Source of the DNA: a virus | IMG/VR virus record: IMGVR_UViG_3300014208_000005 | Coordinates: 29,941-93,940 of that record | DNA length: 64,000 nt | Direction: 5' to 3' (one strand) | Part shown: piece after piece, positions 26,880 through 36,300 of the stretch | Layout: each line of letters opens with the position of its first letter | Numbering within the stretch: position 1 is the stretch's first letter | Notes under the pieces: model-generated | Database searches by the model: none | The model's input: the letters and a program-made list of their open reading frames with translations, nothing else | Told to the model about the DNA's origin: nothing | Made by a program: the position numbers and the translations under genes

Positions 26880-27035
26880 TTATCGTGAATTTCTTTCACA
26901 GTTTCGTGAGACACTGTAGCGCCAGTATCCGATTTTTCCGTCTTTAAGTGTGATAACTCTCGCTATTCCAGAATCTGCATCGTTATTCCATATGATGTAA
27001 TCCCATCCGAATAATTTATGTTTTAGTTTGTACAT
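26880..27035 (-). CDS. 51-aa hypothetical protein (possibly truncated)
   Basis: Hand translation MYKLKHKLFGWDYIIWNNDADSGIARVITLKDGKIGYWRY...; AGGAG upstream. Confidence 0.5.
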   Translation of the reverse strand: MYKLKHKLFGWDYIIWNNDADSGIARVITLKDGKIGYWRYSVSRNCERNSR

Positions 27036-27188
27036 AATTAAATTCTCCTATGTTAGTTGTTGATATTAAAATGATATCAAAATAGTATTAGTGCTATAAA
27101 ATGCCAATGAGTATTGATTTACAGGGAGTTATGAGGGAAAAGTGTCACAGAATAAGGGATAAATGTACCTTTAAACCTATTAGTGTTC

Positions 27189-27479
27189 TTAAATACTCCT
27201 AAGCTCTTCTTTGACTTTATTCCAATATCTGTCATCAAAATATTGAATAACAATATCTGCACTTCCTGCCTTTAGTATTTCATCCACACAAATTAATGCA
27301 CATTGTTTTATCTTACTTTGAGCAAATGAACTTTTGATGTTATCTATAAAAGGGTCTAGAAGATTCTCATACCAGTAGAATAATTCTAATGCTTTTTCTT
27401 TTGGTGTTATTGTATTCATTTCATTCTTCATATATATACTTTCTTTTAGTGCTGTATAATGCTGTGAGTATTGATACAT
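27189..27479 (-). CDS. Conserved Bacteroidota-phage small protein
   Basis: TPKEKALEL...KQCALICVDEIL...YW.KVKEE motif; true start likely downstream. Confidence 0.6.
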   Translation of the reverse strand: MYQYSQHYTALKESIYMKNEMNTITPKEKALELFYWYENLLDPFIDNIKSSFAQSKIKQCALICVDEILKAGSADIVIQYFDDRYWNKVKEELRSI

Positions 27480-27520
27480 ACTTACGTGAGACGTTAGTAA
27501 CGTGACGCGTTAGTATTGGG

Positions 27521-27651
27521 GATGATATATATCACCCTAATCTGTGATAAATATCACATTGTATTGTGACAAATGTCACATAATCAGTGCGGACAATCAA
27601 TCAGTTAACTTGTATAAAATCAACAAGTTACTATTTTAACTGTGCGGACAA
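27521..27651. promoter_or_regulatory. Phased TGTGA-N6-TCACA palindromes plus two IHF-consensus sites
   Basis: Palindromes at 27521, 27543, 27565; WATCAANNNNTTR at 27595-27607 and 27618-27630; GTGCGGACAA repeated at 27587 and 27642. Confidence 0.6.
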
Positions 27652-27840
27652 CTATTTTGAATAGTCTTTTGAGTGGTGTAAATCACTACTACAATCCCCC
27701 CTACAAGCAAAATGTTAATTGTTTGATAATGAATGACGTATAAAAATATTTACCCCTACAAACAGTACTACAACGGTAATAATCAACCCAAGTAAGATGG
27801 ATTAGGTATTTTTGTGTAATGTAAGTATGTTAGTTGTATA

Positions 27841-27886
27841 AAAAACAAGGAAAGCAAGATTCCCCGATTATGGAGAACCTTGCAAT
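27841..27886 (-). terminator. Hairpin/terminator after first early genes
   Basis: Minus strand GCAAGGTTCTCC-ataatc-GGGGAATCTTGC followed by TTTCCTTGTTTTT. Confidence 0.5.
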
Positions 27887-27909
27887 CCGAGTAAGCTGGA
27901 AGTGATGAA

Positions 27910-28284
27910 CTAGCTGGTAAGCGGCTCAACTACTTCGTCCGAAACAACGGCTTTCTTTGGGGTTGCCGGTTGAACGGTTGTCTGACCTTCAGTGTAAACC
28001 CAACGATGGTTCGCTGTTACTTCTGAACCATCAGCTGCGGTGAATGTGAATTCATCGACCTCTGTGTAAACGAGCTGTCCTGGGAGTTGTGTGCCGATGA
28101 GAGACTTTGCAACCTCTTCATTCGTAACACCAGCCAAAGGAATTGAACCCGTTGGAATCTCCAAACGCTGAAGACCATTGGCGGAAATCCTTAACTTCGG
28201 AGCAGCGTCCTGAATAATTGCACTGAAAAACTCAACACCTGTGGTGCTGTTTGTTGCTTTGCGAATTCCTGTAATCTGTGACAT
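27910..28284 (-). CDS. Early protein related to a Bacteroidota OB-fold/SSB-like family
   Basis: ATG 28284 preferred; G.EFF...SIP...EE.AKSLIG.QLPG...DG..VT..HRWVY pattern; acidic tail. Confidence 0.55.
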   Translation of the reverse strand: MSQITGIRKATNSTTGVEFFSAIIQDAAPKLRISANGLQRLEIPTGSIPLAGVTNEEVAKSLIGTQLPGQLVYTEVDEFTFTAADGSEVTANHRWVYTEGQTTVQPATPKKAVVSDEVVEPLTS

Positions 28285-28349
28285 GTGTTTGTGTATTAAG
28301 TGATTAATAAAAATAATAAGCCTAACAATCACTACGATTGGTTTGCTTA

Positions 28350-28372
28350 AAGATTAGTGGTAGTTAGATGTT
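28350..28372 (-). repeat. 23-nt direct repeat copy 1 (candidate early promoter)
   Basis: AAGATTAGTGGTAGTTAGATGTT, 21/23 identical to 28623-28645. Confidence 0.55.
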
Positions 28373-28391
28373 AATGCTTTTAAAAGGAAGA

Positions 28392-28601
28392 TTACTCTTC
28401 CCATTGGAACTTTCTGAGCCTTGTTTTAGGATGACTGTCTTTCCAAAATGCCCAAATCCAACTAGCATCTTCCACCTCACCACTGCTGTCGTAGTACTCT
28501 CTGGTAATAGTGAACCAATACAAGCATGATTGAAAAGGTGTATCAAAGCCAATATCAATACGAATGGCTCTATCTCTACGTGTTTGAAATAAGATTTTCA
28601 T
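28392..28601 (-). CDS. First minus-strand gene, hypothetical
   Basis: 69 aa with A-rich leader AAAAACACAAAGCCATG. Confidence 0.55.
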   Translation of the reverse strand: MKILFQTRRDRAIRIDIGFDTPFQSCLYWFTITREYYDSSGEVEDASWIWAFWKDSHPKTRLRKFQWEE

Positions 28602-28622
28602 GGCTTTGTGTTTTTAAAGTTG

Positions 28623-28645
28623 AAGATTAGTCGTAGTTAAATGTT
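28623..28645 (-). repeat. 23-nt direct repeat copy 2 (candidate early promoter)
   Basis: AAGATTAGTCGTAGTTAAATGTT. Confidence 0.55.
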
Positions 28646-29289
28646 CATTTCCAAATTACTCAAAACGCTGATAATCAGCTCCCTATTATGGTTAACAGTT
28701 ACTGTTGATCATGCTGTTAACGTAACTGTTGTTTGATACTATTGCTAACGACGGATTTTAAAGCGTTCTAAGAGCACCTGACTTAAAGTGATACAATTGT
28801 ACCTCTTTGATGAGATCGTTCAACTGAGATGAGATAATGCAGTTTTAAGGGCATTCTATCACACTGAGACAACCTAGTGAATCGTCAGTGATTTAAAAAC
28901 ACCCTTAAAACTACACAACGAAGTTCAAACTAAAGCAATGGGGGTACAACCCAATCGCCAATGGTTAGCCGGGGGTAGATGGTAGATAGTCACTGAGCAC
29001 GTAAATTTATCATGAAAAAAAATTATAAAATTTTTGAAAATTTACCTCATATGCAGTTTTTTAAATGTTTGGGGACCCAAGGGGGGACTATTATTATCAA
29101 CAATTAGAAACAATCATCCTGGTAAACTGTTTTTATTATTTATTAATAATTCTTAATTATTTCCTTATTTATTGATATTTATTCTTTATTATTAATACGT
29201 GTATCCTATATACGTCAATTACTAAAATTAGTTTTCTCGGTCGTGTTTAAATTATTGTTGCTGTCTTCCAGCCCATTAGAGTTTTCTCC

Positions 29290-29320
29290 TTGACTTATGT
29301 TTAGAAATGTTGTATCTTTG
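29290..29320 (+). promoter_or_regulatory. Bacteroidota sigma promoter
   Basis: TTG (29290) ... TATCTTTG (29313-29320). Confidence 0.75.
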
Positions 29321-29342
29321 CACGACAAACTAAATTAAAGTC

Positions 29343-29606
29343 ATGGTTCAAGTAAACGATTACATCTGGTACAAAATTTATCCTAAGGGCGTTAAAGACG
29401 CCATCATTGAGTCTGACATATCCTCCTCTGGCATTAGTACTATCTACCCTATTTCCAAACCGTACACAAAATTCCTCAACGGATTCATCAAGAAAATAGG
29501 TCACCTGCCCAAGGAATGTGACTTTAAGACTCATTTCGTTGTGTATTTTGTTGATTACAAGAATGCTCCTAAAGAAATTCCCCTTATTGAGGAATCGGAG
29601 GATTAA
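29343..29606 (+). CDS. Hypothetical protein
   Basis: 87 aa directly after the promoter. Confidence 0.6.
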   Translation: MVQVNDYIWYKIYPKGVKDAIIESDISSSGISTIYPISKPYTKFLNGFIKKIGHLPKECDFKTHFVVYFVDYKNAPKEIPLIEESED

Positions 29607-29667
29607 TTTTATTCCCATTGATTTCCAGTTAATTAAGTGTAAGCAACAAAAAATATTTTGAAATTTA

Positions 29668-29699
29668 TTTGGAAAAATGTTAAAAATGTCGTATCTTTG
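29668..29699 (+). promoter_or_regulatory. Bacteroidota sigma promoter
   Basis: TTTG (29668) ... TATCTTTG (29692-29699). Confidence 0.75.
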
Positions 29700-29718
29700 T
29701 AAAAAAAAAAATACAACT

Positions 29719-30375
29719 ATGGTTTATTTCATTCAAGAAAATTTAACTGGAGCAGTAAAGATAGGATTTACTGATAATATCAAGAGAAGATTAACTAAAA
29801 TGCAGGCGGACAATTCTAATCGTTTAATAGTAATTAGAACAATAGATCCGGCAACACGTGTAGAAGAAAGAAAGTTGCAATATTATTTTGATTATTTACA
29901 CATTACCGGAGAATGGTATTTATTTGACGAGCAAATGCTTACATTAGATGTAGCAATGTTAAACATTACTAATGTTAAAAAATCTGCTGGGAAACTTACC
30001 AGACGAAAGAAGGAGTATGAACTTAAATTTCTAGATGTTATAAATCAGATTAGTGTTGATAAAGATGTGTTTATTACTATGAAATATCTAAGCCACTGTT
30101 TGAGTTTAAGTAAATTTAAAAGCTCTAAGTATTCATCAGACATAATAAGAGATAGGATGAATCAGATAAATATAAGTAATTTCGGAACAGACAGCAGGCA
30201 AGAATTTAATAATTACTACAAATTTAGTAAATATTTTTATCCTGGTGTGAAATGGGCAGAAGTATGTTCAAATGTAGGTGTTGCAAAAGGTTCTTATTAT
30301 AGAGTACGTAGATTTTTGTCTAAAAATTATGAGCGATACCAAAAAATAAATGAAGAAAAACTTGACTTGGCTTAA
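29719..30375 (+). CDS. T5orf172/MUG113-family GIY-YIG nuclease
   Basis: MVYFIQ...VKIGFT.NI.RRL..MQ...ERKL...GEWY; start moved to ATG 29719 because the promoter lies inside the track's longer N-terminus. Confidence 0.8.
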   Translation: MVYFIQENLTGAVKIGFTDNIKRRLTKMQADNSNRLIVIRTIDPATRVEERKLQYYFDYLHITGEWYLFDEQMLTLDVAMLNITNVKKSAGKLTRRKKEYELKFLDVINQISVDKDVFITMKYLSHCLSLSKFKSSKYSSDIIRDRMNQINISNFGTDSRQEFNNYYKFSKYFYPGVKWAEVCSNVGVAKGSYYRVRRFLSKNYERYQKINEEKLDLA

Positions 30376-30392
30376 AATATGTTGTATCTTTG
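30362..30392 (+). promoter_or_regulatory. Bacteroidota sigma promoter
   Basis: TTG ... TATCTTTG (30385-30392); closely similar to the 29290 promoter (CTTGACTT...ATGTTGTATCTTTGCA). Confidence 0.75.
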
Positions 30393-30434
30393 CAGAGGAG
30401 TATTTTTAACATTAACATCTAAAAATTAACAAAA

Positions 30435-30758
30435 ATGGACGAAGTAACAAAGACAATGGAAGAGTCTGCACAACCTGTCACAGAGACTGGTTTTAGTAGC
30501 GCGCCGTCAGCAGAAGTGATTAAACAACAAGAAGACATCAGCGAAAAGTGGACTCCAGCGCAACTACGAGCTGCACGTAAGAAGTACATTAACGATAAGA
30601 AGGAAGACATCGAGATTCTTGCCGTCGATGTGCAATTCCTGCGTTTACAAGTGGAGCATTATCATTTGACGAAAGACATCAGCAAAATTAACGCGGAGAT
30701 TGAGGAGATGAAGAAATTAAAAGAAAGTGAGAGTTTTAAGGAGTCAATCAAGATATGA
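30435..30758 (+). CDS. Coiled-coil hypothetical protein
   Basis: 107 aa after the promoter. Confidence 0.6.
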   Translation: MDEVTKTMEESAQPVTETGFSSAPSAEVIKQQEDISEKWTPAQLRAARKKYINDKKEDIEILAVDVQFLRLQVEHYHLTKDISKINAEIEEMKKLKESESFKESIKI

Positions 30759-31063
30759 AAATTTGGATGTGGGTTGTAACATGGTGTATTATATCTACAA
30801 TACAAATACCATGTCCAGAGAAATCATATGTAGATAAGTTTGGAATAAAACACGATCCAGCAGCAACATGTTTAGTCTATCATTGTAAAATAGAATATGA
30901 TTGTACTCACGAAAAACAATTTATGAATAGAGATTCGGCAAAGATGTTTTTAAAGGAAATTTCAGATGAATCTAAAAGAACGTCAGTATTAGCAAGAATA
31001 CAAATAGATTCAATACTATTAGGGCAAGAGAAATACATTAAGTATGAAGATAAAGACAGATAA
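30755..31063 (+). CDS. Hypothetical Cys-containing protein
   Basis: 102 aa, ATGA coupling. Confidence 0.55.
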   Translation: MKIWMWVVTWCIISTIQIPCPEKSYVDKFGIKHDPAATCLVYHCKIEYDCTHEKQFMNRDSAKMFLKEISDESKRTSVLARIQIDSILLGQEKYIKYEDKDR

Positions 31064-31361
31064 AGAGAAGTATTTTCACCAGGCCTTAGGAATAATCCAA
31101 GCGTTTCCCCCTTACAACAAACTCACGACGAAGGAATTACAAGTCTTAGGGGAGTTAATGAGGCACAAGAATAACGGCTACAGACCGTTGTTGAATAACG
31201 AAACGAGACGCCTAATCGAGGCCGATCTTAAGATTGCTCCAGAAATCCTACGAAACAACCTCTCAGCATTAAGAGCTAAAGGATTGTTGGTTGACAACGA
31301 AATTCCAGAGAAGTATTTAGTTAAGTATTTACAAAATTTTGATTTTCAATTTGAAGAATAA
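31044..31361 (+). CDS. Winged-HTH DNA-binding protein
   Basis: LTTKELQVLG...RRLIEADLKI...LRNNLSALRAKGLL. Confidence 0.65.
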   Translation: MKIKTDKEKYFHQALGIIQAFPPYNKLTTKELQVLGELMRHKNNGYRPLLNNETRRLIEADLKIAPEILRNNLSALRAKGLLVDNEIPEKYLVKYLQNFDFQFEE

Positions 31362-31558
31362 TGACAACTCCAAAAACAATACACTACATCTTCAATGAGT
31401 TACAAGAGGCAGTTCAATCTTACCACATGTGTCTTGACAGACTTGAGAAGTGGGAAAGCATGTATCCTCAATACAGATTTGATATTGATTTAATGACGTC
31501 TGGAATTAAACGTAGCCCAACTGTAAGGATAGCAATTTACAAAAACAATAAGAAATGA
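31361..31558 (+). CDS. Hypothetical protein
   Basis: 65 aa, TAATG coupling. Confidence 0.55.
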   Translation: MTTPKTIHYIFNELQEAVQSYHMCLDRLEKWESMYPQYRFDIDLMTSGIKRSPTVRIAIYKNNKK

Positions 31559-31905
31559 TGGCTGACGATTTTCAACTTTACGACACAAATTTACACAGAC
31601 CTGATCCAGAAGTAGTGTGGACAAAGCCTAAACCGTATGTTAAGAAACTTTATATACCTATTGATGACGCCATTGAATATATCAGAAATGTTCAAACGCA
31701 AGGTAGGAGTGGTATGTTTGGTCACAGATTGTTCATAGATTATGGGGTGAATACTGACAATCAACACACAATAAATTGCTGGATGAATATGTATTTGAAA
31801 CACAGTTGTAACCCGCAGAAAGAATACTTTAACAAGTTACAAAAAAGAGTTTTGGATAGGCGAGACTATTACATTTACAAAAATTCTGGAATAAAGCTAT
31901 TCTAA
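31555..31905 (+). CDS. Hypothetical protein
   Basis: 116 aa, coupled. Confidence 0.55.
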   Translation: MMADDFQLYDTNLHRPDPEVVWTKPKPYVKKLYIPIDDAIEYIRNVQTQGRSGMFGHRLFIDYGVNTDNQHTINCWMNMYLKHSCNPQKEYFNKLQKRVLDRRDYYIYKNSGIKLF

Positions 31906-31906
31906 A

Positions 31907-32143
31907 ATGCACAAACCACAGAACCAAAAAAAGCTAAGGGAAATCGCAAATAAACACGGGATATCTTTAGCAACTGCTAATGAGATCATTGGATGTCAGT
32001 GGGAATTTGTGAAGCTAATGATGAACACCATTAAACCTTTGGACCAAGACTACCCTGTGATTAATGTAATCCATTTAGGTAAGTTCCTGATAACTAAGAA
32101 GAGAAAATTTATGTTAAACAAATTTAGGTCAAATAAAACATGA
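31907..32143 (+). CDS. HU/IHF-like DNA-binding protein
   Basis: EIANKHGIS....EII...F...INVIHLGKF pattern; conserved position upstream of crAss-like terminase. Confidence 0.65.
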   Translation: MHKPQNQKKLREIANKHGISLATANEIIGCQWEFVKLMMNTIKPLDQDYPVINVIHLGKFLITKKRKFMLNKFRSNKT

Positions 32144-32397
32144 TATGCGTTGATACTAAGTTCTTTAGCCACTTGATAGAGTGTCTTGAGACGCAAAAAA
32201 ACATACATCTGAAACCTTACAAAGAGAAAGTACTCTTACAGGATAAGATTGATAAGACAGTGACTCAATGTAAGCAGATTGTTGAAGATGAGATTGCAGA
32301 GGAGAAAAAATCAATTAGGAAGAAGGCACTGCATGTTCCACCTGATTCATCCTTGTTTAACGAATCTGTAATTGGTCTGGAAGGGTTTGTGGAATGA
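32140..32397 (+). CDS. Hypothetical protein
   Basis: 85 aa, coupled. Confidence 0.55.
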   Translation: MICVDTKFFSHLIECLETQKNIHLKPYKEKVLLQDKIDKTVTQCKQIVEDEIAEEKKSIRKKALHVPPDSSLFNESVIGLEGFVE

Positions 32398-32597
32398 AGA
32401 AATACACAGAAGTGTTTGTTTCACAGGATGATTGTGGACATTGGTACGTGGTTCCGAAAGAACTGGAAACTCAATGGTCTTCAGACATTTGGAATGACAC
32501 TATGGCTGACTCTGGAGAATTTGATGAGAAGTACGGAAGGTTTAGAACTGGAGGAGACATTAATCTGGTTCAATTATTTAAAGAGGTTGAAGAATGA
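32394..32597 (+). CDS. Hypothetical protein
   Basis: QDDCGHWYVVP motif, coupled. Confidence 0.6.
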   Translation: MKKYTEVFVSQDDCGHWYVVPKELETQWSSDIWNDTMADSGEFDEKYGRFRTGGDINLVQLFKEVEE

Positions 32598-32851
32598 AGA
32601 CATACAACAGAAGAGTGTGGTTAAATAAGAAAACATGTGATTCAACTGGGTCACTAGTAGCATTCGACGGAGAAGTTACAGATTTAGATTCAAAAAATAA
32701 GTATCAACAGACATTCTTAGAAATAGCCGATTGTAGAACTAAGATAAGGCTTCACAGAACTTCTGATGACTCTCGTGAGGATTTCATAAGTAAAATGAAG
32801 CTGTTGGAGAAGGAAATAAAACTATTCATAGATTATTTAGAGAAACACTAA
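32594..32851 (+). CDS. Conserved phage protein
   Basis: RVWLN...STG...LEIADC..KIRLH...FI.KM..L motif. Confidence 0.6.
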   Translation: MKTYNRRVWLNKKTCDSTGSLVAFDGEVTDLDSKNKYQQTFLEIADCRTKIRLHRTSDDSREDFISKMKLLEKEIKLFIDYLEKH

Positions 32852-32857
32852 ACAGGA

Positions 32858-33397
32858 ATGAATTTATTCACAATAGACAACCAAAAAGTAACCTACAGTC
32901 CTGAAGCTCTTACGATTAAGGAATTTAAGACCTTATGGGATAGGGACTCTTCTAAACATAAGGAGGCCGCAACAGAGGAATTGTCGTATGTGTTCTTCCT
33001 AAGTGATTTTAAGTCGCCGTACATGTCTTACGATAAGGAAGCACGAGAGAATAAGGTTATTTCTGATGTGATGTCTAAGAAAGGATGGAAGGCAGACCTT
33101 AAGGTAAAGGAAGCGTGTGACAAATACGAAGAGTTGCAGACAACGCCTTCTATGGGCCTACTAAAAGACGCTGAGTGTGCTCTTGATAAGATACGTCATT
33201 ACTTCCGTAATGTTGACGTAACTGACGACGTTGAAGGAACTATAACAAAGACTCTTATCTCTAATGTTGAAAAACTTGGCGGAGTTATTAAGGGTTTGTC
33301 GATGCTGAGAGAGATGGTTGATAAAGAAGTGTCTGAGAGTAAGAGAATGAGAGGTGGTGGTACACAGGGATTAAGGGAGAAACCTAAAACTAGATGA
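32858..33397 (+). CDS. Putative terminase small subunit
   Basis: Immediately upstream of and overlapping TerL; RD.SK.K..A..EL.YVFF..D.KSPY motif. Confidence 0.55.
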   Translation: MNLFTIDNQKVTYSPEALTIKEFKTLWDRDSSKHKEAATEELSYVFFLSDFKSPYMSYDKEARENKVISDVMSKKGWKADLKVKEACDKYEELQTTPSMGLLKDAECALDKIRHYFRNVDVTDDVEGTITKTLISNVEKLGGVIKGLSMLREMVDKEVSESKRMRGGGTQGLREKPKTR

Positions 33398-36300
33398 GGA
33401 AAACAAGAGACGAATTAATAGTTGTTGCAGAACCTTGGGACAAACTTCATGAGAATCCTGTAAGGAACACTAAACATGATTATTTAAAGTTCATAAACTC
33501 AGCCGTGTTTTCAGAAGAAGCACGGCATTTTCTTAGATACGGGTATTACACAAGTGCTCAATACGGAACTAAGGATTGGACTGATTATTGGGATGAACAG
33601 GAAGAACGATGTTTAGAAGGGTATTCTGTTGGAGGCGTAAGAATAACTGGAAGACATTATTTTTTCCTCAATTTCTCGATGTTAAAAGCACGCCCCATTG
33701 ACCCGGTAACAGGGTTGGAGAAGGATTCTAAAAAAATTATTACCTTCCCACGTTTTCTAGATCATCAGTATTACTTGTTTCATGAGATTGAGGAGTGTTT
33801 TGCTGAGGGGCCTTACAAAGGACAGTCGTTGATAGGTATGATTATCGCGAAGGCTAGACGTAAAGGAATTTCTTTTGTCAACTCTGGAGGAATTATTTCA
33901 TACAATTACAACTTCATTCCAGCCTCCCTAACTACCATCGCTGCCTACGAAGCAGTCCACTACAATACATTATTGAATGGGACGCACTTTGTTCTTAATC
34001 ATCTAAATAAAAACACAGACTGGGCTAAAAGACGTCAACGTGTTAATAGACGAGATCATTTTAGGTCATCATTCGTTTACACAGATAATGCAGGAGTGGA
34101 ATTAGAGGATGGATTTATGTCTGAAGTTCAGGCAAAATCCTTTAAGGATGACCCGTTTAAAGCCATCGGTGATTCTACGTACACGATGTGTTTTGAGGAG
34201 TGTTTGGGAAAAGGTACTAAGGTTTTTATGTTTGATCATTCGTTCAAGAATGTCGAAGACATTGTAGTTGGAGATTTCGTGATGGGTGTTGATTCAAAAC
34301 CTAAAAAGGTAATTAATACAACGTCTGGAGTAGATAACCTATTTAAAATCAAACAACAAAAAGGAGTTGAGTATGTTGTTAACAGTAAGCACAAGCTTTA
34401 TTTAGAACAACACACAAACATTACATCTAAACGTTTTAAAAACGATGATGGCCCCAAGTTACTGAATGTTAATGAATTTGAATCTTTAATCACATACAAA
34501 CACAAGTGTACCTACGGAATAAAAAGTAACGGATTAGAATTTAAAGAACAACCGTTACTGATTGATCCTTATGCATTTGGAGCATGGTTAGGAGATGGTG
34601 AGAGTAGTAGATTCGCCGTTGTTGTTAACACAGATACTGATGTTGAGATATTAAGTTATTTTAAAAGTGTTTATCCAGAGCATCACCTCTACACAATAAA
34701 GAACATAAATGCTACTTGTGTAATAATAACACCTTCTAAAAAGATTGGTAATCAAAACATTCAGAATATCCTATTAAAAGAATTAGGAGTAAGGAATAAT
34801 AAACACATACCAGACTGTTATCAATTTAATTCTGAAAAAAATAGACTACAGGTTCTTGCAGGTTTATTGGACACTGATGGTTATTTGCAGAAAGGAACTA
34901 GAAGTTACAGTTATTCATACGAGATTGCTGTTAAAAATGATCTTTTAGCTGACCAAATAGTGTTGCTCGCCAGAGGTCTGGGATTTTATGTTAAAAAGTC
35001 AAGAAAATATGGCAAGAAAGATGGTAAAATACATGCTTCTAATAGGTTACAAATAAGAGGGGATTTACAAAAGATTCCTTTAAAAGTGTTACGTAAACGG
35101 CCTCCAATTGACTGGATACCAACATCTAATCCTTTAAACACGCAAATAAAAATAGAACCTGTGGGTAAGGGAAAGTATTTTGGGTTTACTTTGGAAGGAG
35201 AAAATGATGTAGATCATTTGTTTTTGCTGGAAGATTTTACAATAACACATAATTGTGGAAGATTTAAAGGACTACTTGACGCATACACCATAGCAGAACC
35301 TACATTTAGGGATGGCGACATAATGACTGGAGTACCAATGCTTTGGGGCACCGGAGGTGACGTTGAAGCTGGAGGCAAAGACTTAGAGGAAATGTTCTAC
35401 AAGCCTGAAGCCTATGGGCTTAAGTCTTACTCAAACATTTATGACGAAAATGCTGTTGGTAGGTGTGGATGGTTTATCGACGATTTATGGTACAAACCTG
35501 GTTTAGATAAAACACATACGTTTCCTCTAGTTGATAAGGAAGGCAATTCCTATCGTGAATTAACACGCGACATACATAAGAGAGAACGCGATACCAGAGC
35601 AACTGGCTCGAGGTTGGCTTTCAGAAAACACATTACACAGTATCCGTTAACGCCCAAAGAAGCCTTCCTCCGGATTGACTCTTCTCCATTTGACACCTTA
35701 CGTGCACAGAACCGCTTAACAGACTTACTCACAGACCAGAAAACCTACATTGACTCGATTTACACGGCGAAGTTTGTCATAGACGTTGAATCAAACAAAG
35801 TTAAGTATGAATATGACTCCATCTCAATTCCACTCAGAGAGTTCCCCATTAAAGATTGGGAACACGTTGAAGGATGTCCTGAAATTTATGAACATCCACA
35901 TAAGAATCAAAATGGGGAGATACAAGCGTTGCGTTACATTGCTGGGATTGACAGTTACGATGCAGACAAGTCAACGACAGACTCTCTTGGCTCAATAATC
36001 GTTCTTGACAGGTTGACAGATAGGATTATGTGCCATTACAAAGGACGTCCGTTAGCTAACAAGTTTTACGAAACGTGCCGTCGCATTCTTAAATATTACA
36101 ATGCCACAGCTAACTACGAACGTTCTAATAAAGGAATCTACGGGCATTTCTACAATATGAAGTGTATTCACTTATTGTGTGATGAACCCGACATCCTTAA
36201 AGAGAAAGGTATTTCTAAGGCGAATACACTGGGAAATTCAAGTAAAGGTACCATGCCGTCAACATTGGTGAATGCATGGGGTCGTGAGTTGTCGGCGTTT

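Noticed and set aside
27521-27845. Prophage attachment site / temperate lifestyle
   Set aside because: No integrase, recognisable repressor or flanking host genes in the window; IHF sites alone are insufficient.
29301-29618. Minus-strand 105-aa ORF and other opposite-strand track ORFs (e.g. 50170..50883, 39700..40110, 253..501)
   Set aside because: They are shadows of better-supported genes on the operon strand and lack initiation context or motifs.
29677-29718. Track N-terminal extension of the T5orf172 gene
   Set aside because: It overlaps the TATCTTTG promoter; the family motif begins at MVYFIQ (29719).
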